DNA of 64,000 nucleotides from Blepharisma stoltei ATCC 30299 (Eukaryota; Protista; Ciliophora). The translations under genes and the position numbers were made by a program. A model generated the notes under the pieces. It was given only the letters and a program-made list of their open reading frames with translations. It was not told the DNA's origin and did no database searches. The stretch lies in contig CBFDEM010000020.1 in NCBI GenBank assembly GCA_965603825.1, positions 806,001 through 870,000 on the forward strand, given 5' to 3'. Shown here piece by piece: positions 47,269-60,285 of the stretch (positions are counted from its first letter, which is position 1; each line of letters opens with the position of its first letter).

Positions 47269-50200
47269 TTATTTCATTTGATTAATTCTCCATGCTACAA
47301 GTTTACCCTTCAGCCACATCTTCATTGCGATTCTTTGTGTTCTCAAGACTCTATTTAAAGCTTTTTTCTGCAACTTGAAAATTTTTAAATCCTGCTTTAA
47401 AATTTGAAAATAAGCGGATTTTGAAACATTTTTTGATTTAAAAAAATTGTCCAAGCAATTAAGCCCAGTTTGGATATTTTTTAAGGCAAGAAACATTGTC
47501 CCAGTTTTAGGTCGCCGTCTAGGGGATAAGTACATTTGAACCCTGCTGAAAAAGCTATTGAAATGCTTTTTCTTGATACTGAATGTAATAGATGTTAAAT
47601 GTCTGAGCCCACAACTGACATAGCTGAGTTTATATTTGGAGACCTTTAAGTAGCATTTTCATATAATTAATGACTTTTGTTTTTCATTTGATAAATAATT
47701 GGAAATTGCTTTCACAAATCTTGAAACTTTTTTATATTTTTCTGAATCAAATTGTTTCGATTTTCTATTCGCAATATGAAAACAGCTCATAGCAGATTTT
47801 ATTTGAGTTCTTATTAATGATTCCAAGATTTGTACATGGGCAATTGTTTTGAGGGAATCATAGTTTTTCTGCTTTATTGAAGAATGCCAATGAGTAAAGC
47901 ACACAGAAAGTCGATAATTTATATCTTTTGATATATTTTTCAGCAGAATTTCTAATTGTTTCGCTTTCTTTTTCTGCAAATTCGCAATAGCTGACAAAGT
48001 CTGAAAAGACTCAGAAATTTTCCTATGGTTTGTAGCTTTATAAGCAGAATTAATAGTTTTAAATAAAAATGCCAAAGAAACTTGGTAAGCTTTTGTTTTC
48101 TGGTAGCAGGATTTTAAGTGAGAAAAAGACTCATGAGTTTTAGAAAGCAGCTTGGCTTCAATTATATCAGTAAGCGATTTTAAATAGCTTTCAGTTTTTA
48201 ATGTATATATATGGGTTTCGCTTTTTCATGCCTGCTGCTTGTATTTCTCTTCAAATCGGGTTTGGATTGTAGAAATCTTTCATTGGTTAAATCTTTTATA
48301 AAGATATTTATTGGCTTGAGTTGTTAGCTTTTCTCGGATTCTCTGCACAAATGCAGCATGTTTATATATAATTTTGAAAGAAATTGACAATTTTTTGGAA
48401 AAAATATTTGAAAGCTTTTTAGTTGCCTTGTCTAGCAAATTAAATACGAACATTTTCATTGTGTGCCTTTTGTATATCATAAAGCTCTTTTTGACAAGTC
48501 TCCGGTTAATAAAAAATGTTAAAAGCTTCAAGCCTCGTTTTTCTGCGGACTCAGCATATCCTCTTCTTTTCAGTCTCTTTGATTTTTCTATATCAATATA
48601 GCTGGCAGCTTTTTTAATCAAATCGCTTTCAGAGTCTGAATTTTTATAGCTTAAATGGATTGTTTGTGCTAAATTGTCTTCTTTGAAACTACTTATTTTA
48701 AATGGACTCTTTTTGGCTGAATTTTCTCGTGATGGCTTTTTGCTGCTTTTTAATCGTTCCCCATCAGAATTATTGCTGGATGAAATCAATAAAGACTCAT
48801 AGCTCGATGCGTTCCCTGAGGACTGTTTCGAAGGAGTTTTGCTGCGGGATGGGTCTTTTTCTTTTACATTATGGGCTTTTGGCACATGCAATGGTGGCTT
48901 TAAGTGGTTTTGGCTTTGTGAAAGTGGGAGACTTTTTGCAAAAGAACTATTAGCAGAGCTTCGTTTAGAGTCAGCGCGCTCAGTCTTGTCTAAAGTTTCA
49001 TAGCTAAACTGAGCCACAATTCGTGATGAAGTGTTTGCATACTGTTTTTGCTCATTGTCTACAACTTTTCTAATACTTTGACTATGATCTCTTGATGATG
49101 AACTTTTGCTTGAACCTTGGGTGTCTAAAATAGCTTTCCTATCTTTTTTTTTATAATATAAGCTTTCTACTACATCTTTATGGTCAGTTCCTTGGGTCCT
49201 TTCAGTTTGTTGGTCTATGTATTGTTGGAGTGTTCTAGCTGTGTGCTCTTCACTATGATCTAAATAGTCTTGAACTAGAATGGGGTCTGTGTCTTCTAAA
49301 GAAGAAAAAAAATTTGAAGCATGGTTTCTTTTGGAATTTTCATGAGCTGACCTACTGTGATTTGAAATTGAAAAATCTGGAGACTCGTGGTGATTTTTCA
49401 TCCCGAATTCCCCTGTAATTCTTCTTCTGTTATGCTCTCCTGAAGAAAAATCTTCTATACTTCTTCTGTGGATTCTTTTGGTTTTTTTCCCATCTTGCTC
49501 TTCAAGACTTGTTTGTATTGCTTCGCTTTTTTTAAGACTTTTCATAAGAAAATTAATAGAATTTGTCTCTTTCATAGCTTTGAATACTACTTTTAAGGTA
49601 TTTTTGTACATTTTTTCAGTGTAGCATAACAGGGTTTTTGTGACTAAATCTTTCCTATAAGCAATTTTTATGATTTCTATAGAATCCCTCTTTGCTTTTT
49701 TTGCTGCTTTATTTAAAACTCATATAATTTTGACATAGCCTTCTGTCCTATTAAACACGTTTAATTCTTTAGAAATAGGTGATAAATCGATTGATTTTCT
49801 TTCTGTAACTGGGCTAGATATTTCTGCCTCATTAACCTTTCTCACCTCTATAACAGATTTTTTCTCTCCATAATTTTGCAAATTCCTGGGCATCTCCTGA
49901 TTGTTTTCTGGCAAAACCCTCAAGCTTGCATTTGCTGAAAACACTTTTCGGTATTTTCTCCCATCAATACTATTAGCATCAAACCATACTGGCATAGTTG
50001 TATCTTTAAAGCTGATTTCTTCAGGTTTTTCATTAATACTTGTTCGGCTGCTAGAAATTCTTTTGGAGTTAAGAATCAATTCAGTCCTTTTGGAGGCTTC
50101 TTTTTTTCATATTCACAGATGTTTACATATAAACCTTTTAATGCAAGAAAAAATTAATTGGGCTGCATCTAGTTTATATGTCCGCAATTTTTCTTTAGGA

Positions 50201-50508
50201 TATCGAAATCTTTCAAGAAGCTCTAAGGTAGATCTGGGGACATGAGAATAATGTGTCCTTTCAGTAGCACACATGTCTGGAATATTGTATTGGGGTTTTG
50301 AAGGTCCATAAGAGTGAAAAAGAGGGGTGTTGCTGCGCATGCTTTCGTTGGAAACCGGTTTGATTATTTTTTGAGATTTTTGGTGGGGAGATGTACTGCG
50401 ATGTGGATTAGAACGAAGAGGAGACCGGGAGAGGGTGCGCATTCTTTTTTTTCTAGCGAGGTCTGTTTTAAAGTTCTCAAGAGTTTTAAGAAGGTCTGAA
50501 ATTTCCAT
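47269..50508 (-). CDS. Hypothetical basic helical protein (~1079 aa), possibly with Sfi1-like repeats
   Basis: Five in-frame ORFs joined via TGA from ATG 50508 to TAA 47269; Ser-rich centre; K/F/W-rich helical C-terminal half (e.g. KRFNQWK, CFTHWH). Function speculative. Confidence 0.65.
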
Positions 50509-51142
50509 TTTCAACTCTTTGAATTAATTAAAAGGAAATGAGAAGCTAATTATAAATAATTTTTTAGGAATAATTTGAAGATTTGTGGGGAAAAAGACAA
50601 AAATTGATAATTTTAATTGATAAATTAATTAGATAAATTAAATATTAAAAAATTATTTACAAAAAAATATAGGTTTGGGTATTATAAACTTAAAAATCAA
50701 TTAATATCTATTTTTGTTGGAGTGATTATTTTGAGCATTCATTATTTTATAAATATTCACAAATTTTAGTTTCTGTTTTTAATACATATTTTTCTGATAA
50801 AAAGTTTTTGATTTAAGATTAATTAACAATAAAATAATTAATTCATAAAGCTTATGAATTCTAAATCTTTGTAAATTTGAAAAATTGAATTCATACAGGA
50901 CTAAAATTTATAAAAATTAATAATTTAATGGATATCTTTAATTTATAGCTACCGATCTGATCGCTATAAAATCTACTTTTTATTTATAACTGAAAAACAC
51001 ACATATATTCACAATATTTTTACTTAAAAAACGCTCTTATCTTGGCTTTTTTACTTTTTTTTTAACTATACCATGAAAAAACCACAAAATAGACACTTTT
51101 CTTATAATTATATATCTATTACGACATATTGATTAATAATGA

Positions 51143-51703
51143 ATGACCTTAATTTCTTACATAAAAATATTTCTGACATTACTTAAAATGAAAAATACAT
51201 TGCCACTCCCAGCTCCAAAAGAAATCCTTTGCAGCCAGAACCCCGAGTCTGAATTCAAATGCTCATACTGTAATACTTCATTTCTTACTTCAGATGATTT
51301 ATTGCATCACAATTCAGTTTATGAATATTCAGTTACTAGTATACCCACTGGAATTGAGACCCCAATTCCAGTGAAAATATTTTCAAACGTTGAAAAACCG
51401 ACTTTAATTACTGGAAGTGAAATTAAAGCAATTGAATGCCATGAATGCCTTAGACTTTTTTCTTCAGAAAAAGGCCTAAATCAGCATGTGGGCAAAGTCC
51501 ACAATTTCAATCGAAGATCAGTAAAATGCCATTTATGCATCAAAAAATTTAGAGAGGGCTCAGCATTGAAATTTCATATAAGGCAGGTGCATGATAAAAC
51601 TACAAGAGTCAAGTGTGATGATTGCCAAAAGGTGTTTTACAGTAAATATGTGCTTTTAAAGCATAGGAATAAGTGCCTTATGAAGATGAGATCCGAAATT
51701 TAA
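51143..51703 (+). CDS. C2H2 zinc-finger protein
   Basis: CSYC..F..L..H, CHEC..F..L.QHVGKVH, CHLC..F..L.FHIRQVH, CDDC..F..L..H...C. The true start may be ATG 51188. Confidence 0.85.
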   Translation: MTLISYIKIFLTLLKMKNTLPLPAPKEILCSQNPESEFKCSYCNTSFLTSDDLLHHNSVYEYSVTSIPTGIETPIPVKIFSNVEKPTLITGSEIKAIECHECLRLFSSEKGLNQHVGKVHNFNRRSVKCHLCIKKFREGSALKFHIRQVHDKTTRVKCDDCQKVFYSKYVLLKHRNKCLMKMRSEI

Positions 51704-51939
51704 ATAATTAATGAGTTAAAAAGCCAAAATATAATTTTCTTTAATTATTGAGAGGATAATTTTTATGATTTTGCTTTGGTGGTATAAAGAATAATTTCTA
51801 GAAATGATAAATTTACAAGGTAAAAATTATGATTAAGCAGGGTAATAATTTTAATTAAAATTTTGCTTTAAAAATAAAATCTTTCATTTTTCGTATATAA
51901 TTTATTAATACAGCTTTAAAATATATCATTATAAAATAA

Positions 51940-54120
51940 ATGGCAGATATAAGAGACTTTTCTATAAGCCCATCTTCATTGTCTGAAATATTTAAAAATA
52001 GAGACTCTAAAATCCAAAACTCATTAGAAAGTCTTAAAGCTTATGGTGGGATTGAAGGTCTTTGCCATCAATTGCAGACTGATTTATGCAATGGGATTGA
52101 CGACAGTCCTACAAAGATTTCTAAAAGAGTTAATCATTTTGGAACTAATAAATTTGAACCAAAAGTCCAGAGAGCATCATTTTTTGAGTGTTTAAAGGAC
52201 CAATTAACGGACTATACATTATTACTAATACTATTTCTTTCTTCAGTGTCCATTATTATTGGAGTCTTTGCAGGGACCACTGAATATATAGGAAATTTTA
52301 AAGTTCTGGTTTCGGTCTGAATTTTAAATGCGATTTATGCAGTTTTCAACTATAAAAAAGCAAAAAATTTAAGTACTTTGAAGGCACCGAATTGGAAAGT
52401 AAAGGTTATAAGAGCTGGGGTAGAAAAAGAGATTTCGAAAAATGACTTATTGACTGGGGATCTATTAATAGTATCTAAAGGAGACGTTTTGCAGGTAGAT
52501 GGAATTCTTATAAAAGGGTCAATTCTAGACATAAAAGAAAGAGAAAATCTTCATTTATCGAATGAAATTTCTCCTTTAGAGTCTAAAAATCCCTCAAATC
52601 CATTTATATATTTTAATTCAAAAATCCTTGAAGGCAATGGAGTGGTGCTTGTTTGTGCTGTAGGAAAATACACAAGCAAGCCACAAAGTATTCCAGAGCC
52701 AAGTGACGAAGAAGAGACTTTAATTGAGACTAAAATTGAAGAAAAAGCAGAATCTTGGGGAAAAATCGGGCTTATTTCATCAATAATTATTATTTTTGTG
52801 CTTCTCATTATATTCTTTTATCATTCAATTGTTGCCTGAAAATGGGGAGCTGCAGGAACAATTGAGGTGCTGTCTATTTTTGTAACAGGATTAGCCCTTA
52901 TTATTGTTTCGATTCCAGAAAATTTTACTGTTTTCGTCAGTACATATTTTTGCCATACTACTAAACAAATTGAAAAAGACAATATTTTCATTAAAAATGT
53001 TAGCCAAATTGAACTTATTGGAGAGGTTACAACTGTGATTATAAGCAGTAACAAGGAAAGCGCAAAAAGTTTATGCAATTTAATGCAAAATTTTGAAAAT
53101 TCAGGAATTGCAGTCATAATTGTTACTGAAGAAGATGTGAAAACAGGGAAAGAAATTTGTGAAAACTGTGGGATCACAGATGATTTTATAATGGACATAG
53201 AAATATTAAAAAAACGGGTCCCAGGGCTAATTAGTATTTTAGATTCAAACAAAGAAGACCCAAAAGTAGAATATATTATAAAATCATTCAAAAAGGCAGC
53301 AGAAAATGTCAAAGTCTTTGCGAATTGTGCACCAAATGATAAAATCATTATAAAACAAGCGTTGCAAGCTTCTGGAGAAGTCATAGCCTCTATAGAAGCA
53401 TGCCAAACTGATTCTTCATTATTAGAAATTTCCGATGTAGGGATTTTTACACCTTCAAACAGTCAAATTTGTATGGCTGCTTCCACTATTTTTTTGCCTG
53501 ACACCAACTATGAAGCCTTTATTCATTTTTTACGAAGAGGCCGAAATCTTGTGTTATCTACTCAAAAGCTTATAGTTCATCGAGAAGCGTCAATTTTTGT
53601 GTTGCTTTTTATCTGTTTAATTGGAGTTTTTACATCTGGAAAGCTGCTATTTAATGGCGTCCAATTGATTTGGATGTGTTTTTTGCTTGATATACTAGGA
53701 ACTTTAGTTTTTACGATTAATTATGATGGAGATAGTGAGACTAAGCCTTTTAAAAGGGAAGACGAAATTGTGAATGGAAATATGAAGATCTTGATAAGAG
53801 CTCAAATTCTTTATCAGGCCTTGGTACTTGTTTTTCTATATTTCGGAAGCCAAAGCTCATTAATTTTTCATACGTTTATTTTTTTGCAAATATTCAATGA
53901 ATTGAGTTTGGTGAATTGGAGCTTTAAGAATTTCAATGCAATTGCAGTAGTAGCATTAAGCTTTATAATGCATTATTTCGCTATAGAATATGCTGGAAGC
54001 TGGCTAGACTGTGAAAAAATGAGCTGGGAGGGCCATTTTAATTGCATTAAGCTTGCAGCTGGCTCTCTGGCAGCATTATTCATAGCAAAATTACTATTTA
54101 AGTTTGGCGAAAAGAAATAA
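51940..54120 (+). CDS. Degenerate, internally deleted PMCA (P2B Ca2+-ATPase)-like membrane protein (726 aa)
   Basis: Three in-frame ORFs joined by TGA at 52318 and 52837. PMCA-like YGGIEGLCHQLQTD..GI, RVNHFGTN, VIRAG, LLTGDL..GD.LQVDG, IIVSIPE, FANCAPNDK, VQLIWM, FHTFIFLQIFNEL. No DKTGT. Confidence 0.85.
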
Positions 54121-54238
54121 AAACAATAAAACTTAAAATTTCATACAAATAGCGAGCTATTTATAAGCGAAAATCATTAAAAAATTTTTTATTAGCACAA
54201 ATCCTCTTAAGTATATTATTAAATTTCTGTGCCAAAAA

Positions 54239-55249
54239 ATGAATCGAAAGATCATTTTAGTCCAAAGACCCCAAGGACTTCCTAAAGATGAAGACTTCAA
54301 GCTCATTGAAGAACCCCTTAACACAGCTTTAGAAATTGGAGAAGTTCTTGTCAAAGTAGAATGGATTTCTATCGACCCTGCCCAAAGAGTCTGAATAGGC
54401 GCCGGAAGATCATATATAACCCCTGTAAGTGTCGGATCTGTCGTCAAAGGAATGGGCGCTGGCATTGTAGTTTTTTCTAAAAGCCCTGCATTTAAGCGTG
54501 GCTCCTTTGTCACAGGGTTTTTACACTGGCAGGAATACGCAAAAGTCAAAGCGTCTGACATAATTCGTCTTCCTTCATATGTAAATCCACAGCTTCACTT
54601 AGGGGTTTTAGGTATGACAGGACTGACTGCTTATGTAGCTGTAAATGAAATAGCGAAACCAAGAAAAAAAGAAACCATGGTTGTCTCCACAGCCGCAGGC
54701 GCAGTCGGGTCTATAGCCTGCCAATTGGGAAAAATCCGAGGTTGCCGCGTTATCGGTATTTCTGGCTCTGACGCCAAAAATAGGTGGCTTACAGAAATAG
54801 GTGTCGACGGTGTTATTAACTACAAAACAGTGCCAAACCTGACACAAGCCTTAAAAAGCCTCTGCCCTGAAGGTATCGACATTTACATTGACCTTGTCGG
54901 TGGCGATATCCTGGACGCAGTCTTACTAAATATCAAAAAATACGCAAGGATCGTCATGTGTGGGGCCATTTCTTCTTATAACCTCAAAAGAGCCCCGCCA
55001 ATCCGTTATTACCCTCTCATAATCTCCCAATCAGCCTCAGTTGAAGGATTTATTGTATGGGAACACAGAAATAAATTCGACATTGCCGTAAAAAATCTGA
55101 GTAAATGGATAAAAGAAAACAAAATAAAGCACAAAGAGCACATCGTGGACGGCATTGAAAACGCCCCAAGAGCATTAAGAATGGTCATGACTGGCGAAAA
55201 TTTCGGAAAAATGGTGGTAAGAGTGGAACATCAGAGTCCTAAAATTTAA
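54239..55249 (+). CDS. NADP-dependent alkenal/prostaglandin reductase-like MDR oxidoreductase (336 aa)
   Basis: ATG 54239; TGA=Trp at 54392 in SIDPAQRVWIG; LGVLGMTGLTAY, VSTAAGAVGS, CGAISSYN, GENFGKMVV. Confidence 0.92.
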
Positions 55250-55256
55250 CAATTAA

Positions 55257-58200
55257 TTATTGAGTTTCACAATTTTGTGAGTAATCAGAATCACGCTGCT
55301 TCAGCTCTTTTCGGTCCTTTCGGCTGTTTTTTAGCTCGCTCGGGAGGAAGCCTTTTTTCTTTTCACCACGCTTGCGAGGCATGATGTCAATTGGGGACAT
55401 TTCTTGGAGTTTTTTGAACTTTTGCAGCTCTGATTTGAGGTCGGAGTTTTCGTCTTCGAGGAGACGTAAGGATTTTTCTAGTTCTCGCTTTTGCTTGGTG
55501 AGGTTTCGGCTGCCTTGGAGAAGCATTTCGTTGTCAATTTTGATGCTTTCATAGCTTTTCTTGAATTTTGTTAAGTCCTCTTCTGAGCATTTTTGCTTGA
55601 ATTCAGCGTCTTGGATTTTCTTGTGAAGATCATGCCTTTCAGACTCAAAGATTGACTTTACCATGTTTTCATCAATCAAGTCACTTTGGAGTCTTTTATA
55701 AGAATTCCTCCTCTTTAAGTTTGTGATTTCTTCTTCACTTTTAGAGATTATTTTTTCTTTTTTTGAAAGCAAATTTGATAAATCAGAGTTTTCTTTTTCT
55801 AGCTGCTCAAGGGTGTCTTGGAGCTTCTTTTTGTCATCTTTTATGTCTTTTAAGGCCTTTTCGTGCTCTTGTACTTTTTCTTTCCATTGCTCTACCTGGT
55901 CTTTAAGCTCAAAAATCCTTTCTTTATTTTTCTCATTACTTCTATTAATAGCTGCCTGCTGATTCTGATAAAATTCTTCTTTGAGCTTTGAGTATTCTAT
56001 ATCCTTCTGTATCAATGCTTGGTTCAATGATGAATTTTCTTGCAAATATTTGTCTAGCGTTGCCTGCAATTTATCATGGTCTTTATTTATATTATTTTTT
56101 TCTAATTCTTCTATTTTTGACACCAAGTTTGAGTTTTCTTCATTTGTCTGTTCATAAGCCAATTTTACTTCATTTAACTCTGTTTCACAGTATTCCAGCT
56201 TCTGTATAAGTTCTTCATTTTTTGTTTTTAAGCTTGACAATTCAGTGTCCAAACTGTCTTTTTCATTAGAGTTTTCTTGCAAAAAATCAGACAATTCATC
56301 AAGTCTTGACTGAGCAGTTGTATATAAAGCTTCATAATCTGCCATCCTGGCTTTAAATTCATTCATCTCATGCTCAAGTTTTTCTTTTTCATTTGTATTC
56401 TCTTGTAGATAATTGGAAAGCTCGTCAAGTTTTGATTGAGAAGCATTGTATAAAGCTTCAAGTTCTGATTTTTGGTCAATAAGAGATTGGCTGTCTGATT
56501 GGAGAGATTTTATTAGAACTGAAAATTCTTCAAGTTTTGATAGAGAAGAGTTGTATGAGATTTCTAGGTCAGAGGATTTTTTCATTAAAGACTGGCTTTC
56601 TGCTTGCGATAATGATAATAAGGTTGATAGCTCAGCTATTTTTGATTGGAAATTGGTGGAAATGGAGCTTAGCTCAGAGTTTTTGGAAAGAAGTGCATCA
56701 TTTTCTAGCTGAGTGGATTCTAAAAGACTAGTGATCTCTCCTATAAAGTTCAATTGCTCATTTAAATTATTTTGTGATTCTAATACTTTTTTATTTAATT
56801 CTTCTTTTTCTTTTTCAAAACCTTCTATAATCCCTTTATATTCCCTTATCGCATTTTCAATATTTTCATAATTTTTGAGCTTTTCTCTATCCTCATCACT
56901 TTTTTCTTTCATTATTTTCATCTCCTCTAGCATTTTTTCTAACTTTTTACAATTTTCTTCATTATTCTTTTTTTCTTCAAAAATTATTCCTTGGTACTCA
57001 TTAATTTCGCCACACAAAATTTCATTTTTATCTGCTTCAAATTTCAGCTGAGACTCCAAAGTTCTGACTGTCTCATTTAATGGCTTATCTTTGCTTTCAA
57101 TGTACTCATACAGAAATTTCAGCTCACTTTCTAATTTCTCTAAATCCTTAGCGTGCTCCTCAGTTAGATTTTTATTGACTTTTTCTAAATTTTCATATGA
57201 AGATACAGCAGCTAAACAAACTTCTTCATATTCCTTGACTTTAGCTTCCATTCCAAAGGTTCCTTCTATTTGTTTTTCTAGCTCGCTTATCTGGATTTCT
57301 TGCTCTCTCACAATTCTAGCTTGTTCCTCAAATTTATCTAGCAAAACTTTATTTCTTTCATTAAGGATTTCAATCTGAGTTTGCCTTTCAGTTTTTTCTA
57401 CTTCTTTCATATTCAAAATTTGAAGCAGCTCCTGATAGTCTCTTTCCAGCTTGCTTAGCATCAGCACATCATCCCTCCTTATAAACTCATCAATCTTTGC
57501 ATTCAAAAACCCTATATTTTCCCTCAGTCTATTATTTTCAGCCACTTTTTCTTCAATTTCTTTATTTTTCAGAATTTTCATTTCTTCAATTTGAAACATT
57601 AGCATTTCTTTTTCATTTTCCAAAGAATTTATTGAGTCTATATACTGCTGGACATCGATAGTATTTTCTACATGATTTTGGATTTGTTCATTTAAAAGCT
57701 CGCCTTCCATTATGATAATTTGGTATTTTTCTTCATAGTCATTTTTTATTTTTTCTATATCTTTTCTTAAACTTGCTATATTTTCGTCTCTTTCTATAAG
57801 CATGGTCTCTAAGGTCGCTATGTATTCTTTGTCTTCAATTGTTTGATTTTTCGTTTTTCGGCTCATAAACAAGCTTGATTGGATTCTGCTTCTTCTTTCT
57901 TCGTTAGAAGCTGGAGTATTAAAGCTTGCAGGGCTTGGCCTTTCTGAATGTACAATCCTATTTTGGATTTCTCTGAGCTGGTCTTCTTTTTGAATTAGCG
58001 CTTTTTTTAGATTTTCGTTATCATTTTCGACCTTTTCTAAAATTGCTGAGTGATATGTATCTTTTTCATTATTTTCTATTTTCAGCCTCGTCAGTTCATG
58101 GTTTTTGTCATTTAATGAGTCTTGCAACTCTTCTATTCTGCATTGCAGCTTTTTCATCTCGTCCTGCATATTTTTCAGCTGACTTTCTGAGCTGACCACT

Positions 58201-59243
58201 TCATTGACTTTTGCATTAGTTTTTATTCTTTTCGCTTTGGCCCCAAACTGTAACGTATTTATTGATTCTTGGAAATACGCAATTGCAGGCGTCACATTGC
58301 AGATTATTGAAGTTTTTGAATTCCCTGATAGTGCAGGCTGCAGAAGTCTTGTCATTTTAGAATCCCTGTAGTTTACAAAAGGGTTAATCCCTTTAGCAGC
58401 GCCTTCTGAGAGCTTTTGTATAACAGTTGAAAGAGATAGCAAGCTTTTGTTTATATTGGAGCCTTCTCGGAGCCTAAGGTTTTCTGCTTTGGTTTGTTGG
58501 ACGCCTTCACTTCCAGCGAGATCTACAAGATTTAGCTGAGAAGAAAGGATTTTTGACTCGTCAGAGCTGCAGGAAGACTCTATATAGATCCGAAAAACGG
58601 TGTGGGAGCGGGAACTTTGAGAATTCATAGAGGTTTCCCCAATTTTTCGGTTGGCTTCACCAGTAGTGAGGAGGTTTAAAGCTTGAAATTCATTAGAAAT
58701 AGTGTATTCAGTCAGCTTGTCGACATAAACACCTTTATCAAGCCTTTCTCGGATGTCAAGATTGGCTTTCGTAGGGTCTAAAAGGTCGTTTACTTGTTCA
58801 TTGTAGACTTCAAGATAGGAAACGCGCAATAAAAATTCGCGCTCAGGCTGGTTTTGGATTGCTGAAAAAATTTCTCTGATTGAGAGAGGGATAATGCCAG
58901 GATTTTCAGGGTTACCTCGGATTGTGTAGGTTTTTCCTGAAGAGGTTTGACCATAGGCAAAAATTGTTGTATTGATACCATTTAAAGCGTTTAAAACAAA
59001 AGGCTTTGCTATAGACTCAAAAACCTCTTCATTTGAAGAATACTCAGAAAAAACTTTATCATATGTGAAACTTTGCCTCGTTTTTGTATTCAAAATTGTG
59101 TTTTCTTCTTGGAAAATTTTTCAAAATTCTGATGAAAAATTTGCCTTGAATTTTTCTTGATTGGAGCGAATTATTTCTTCTTGCTGCACGAATTCTGCGT
59201 TAGAAAGTGGACGAAATCTAACTGCAACAGTGATGCTTTCCAT
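55257..59243 (-). CDS. Kinesin-7 (CENP-E-like) motor protein (1328 aa)
   Basis: ATG 59243 MESITVAVRFRPL, TGA=Trp at 59121, GINTTIFAYGQTSSGKT, REFLLRVSYLEVYNE, GETSMNSQSSRSH, NLVDLAGSE, YRDSKMTRLLQPALSGN; long coiled coil. Confidence 0.9.
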
Positions 59244-59388
59244 ATAAAAATTATTACCGCCATTTTGAGAATTTAATTAATCTTTGAAAAATTAGCTTTT
59301 AGAATAAAAAAATTAAAAATCAAGGCTCCTAATTCTATTTAAGCTATAATTATTTAACTTATTAATGCTACTCAGCAGCAATAAATTA

Positions 59389-60078
59389 TTAGATTTCCAT
59401 TGTCCTTTGAAGCAGACTCATAGACTGATATATAGGCTGTTTTTCTTTTGGCTTTTGTTTTAGCCATCTCAAAAGTTCAAAGCTGGACCACAAAACTATA
59501 AATTCATATACCATCACTAAATAAGTCCATATATTCTTATAAGTTATAAGAGGATACAAAGGCCTTTCATGTGTCAAAGTCCAAGGCATATTGATTAACA
59601 ATGAATAAGCGCTTACAAATACAATAGCAAAAATCCAATGTTTCCTAATAAAATAAACTTTATTTAAATACACTTCAATAAGCATAAAGATAGGGCATGC
59701 AGCGTGCACGGTCAAATTATATATAAGTGGCACTTTAATTTCTCTCAAAGGGTAAACATAGGTCCAGTAGACGATAAAAATGGTCGACTCTATTGGAAAT
59801 ACGAGTTCGAGATATAAATGAGCCCAACTGTGAATTGAAAAATATTTATAGGAAAGCAAAGATATCAGAAAATAAGTAGTCGTAAGCAAAACTCCTCAGT
59901 CTGTGAGGAATAAAAAATAAATCGCAGGATTAGTTGTAAATCCAATTATGAGAAACACAAAAATATAGAGAAAAGCTAATACTCTGAAGAATGCCATGGC
60001 TAAAGGATATCTTGAGTGAATGAGGTTACAGTAAGGCTCCGTCCATATCTTTTTCAATATGCCTTGGAAATTTACCAT
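59389..60078 (-). CDS. Multi-pass membrane protein, FAR-17a/AIG1/rolling-stone-like
   Basis: FLTDWG (W=TGA 59896), FIVYWT, TVHA, LYPLITY; about six hydrophobic segments. Start position uncertain. Confidence 0.7.
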
Positions 60079-60285
60079 TACCTGTGTATTATTATTATTC
60101 CATTTTGTGTATTTATCAATAAGAAAATTATCAGTTTCTGCTCTATCTTGAAAACAAAAAAATTTTATTTTAATAGCCAATTGAAAGCTTATTTATCCAT
60201 AAAATTCTATAATTATACTAAATTTTTTATAAAAGTCCTATAATTACAACTGATAATAATTATAACTAAAAAAATAAATCCATTT

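Noticed and set aside
50509-51142. Very AT-rich tract as a possible IES or centromere-like element
   Set aside because: No terminal inverted repeats or periodicity seen; consistent with a divergent promoter spacer.
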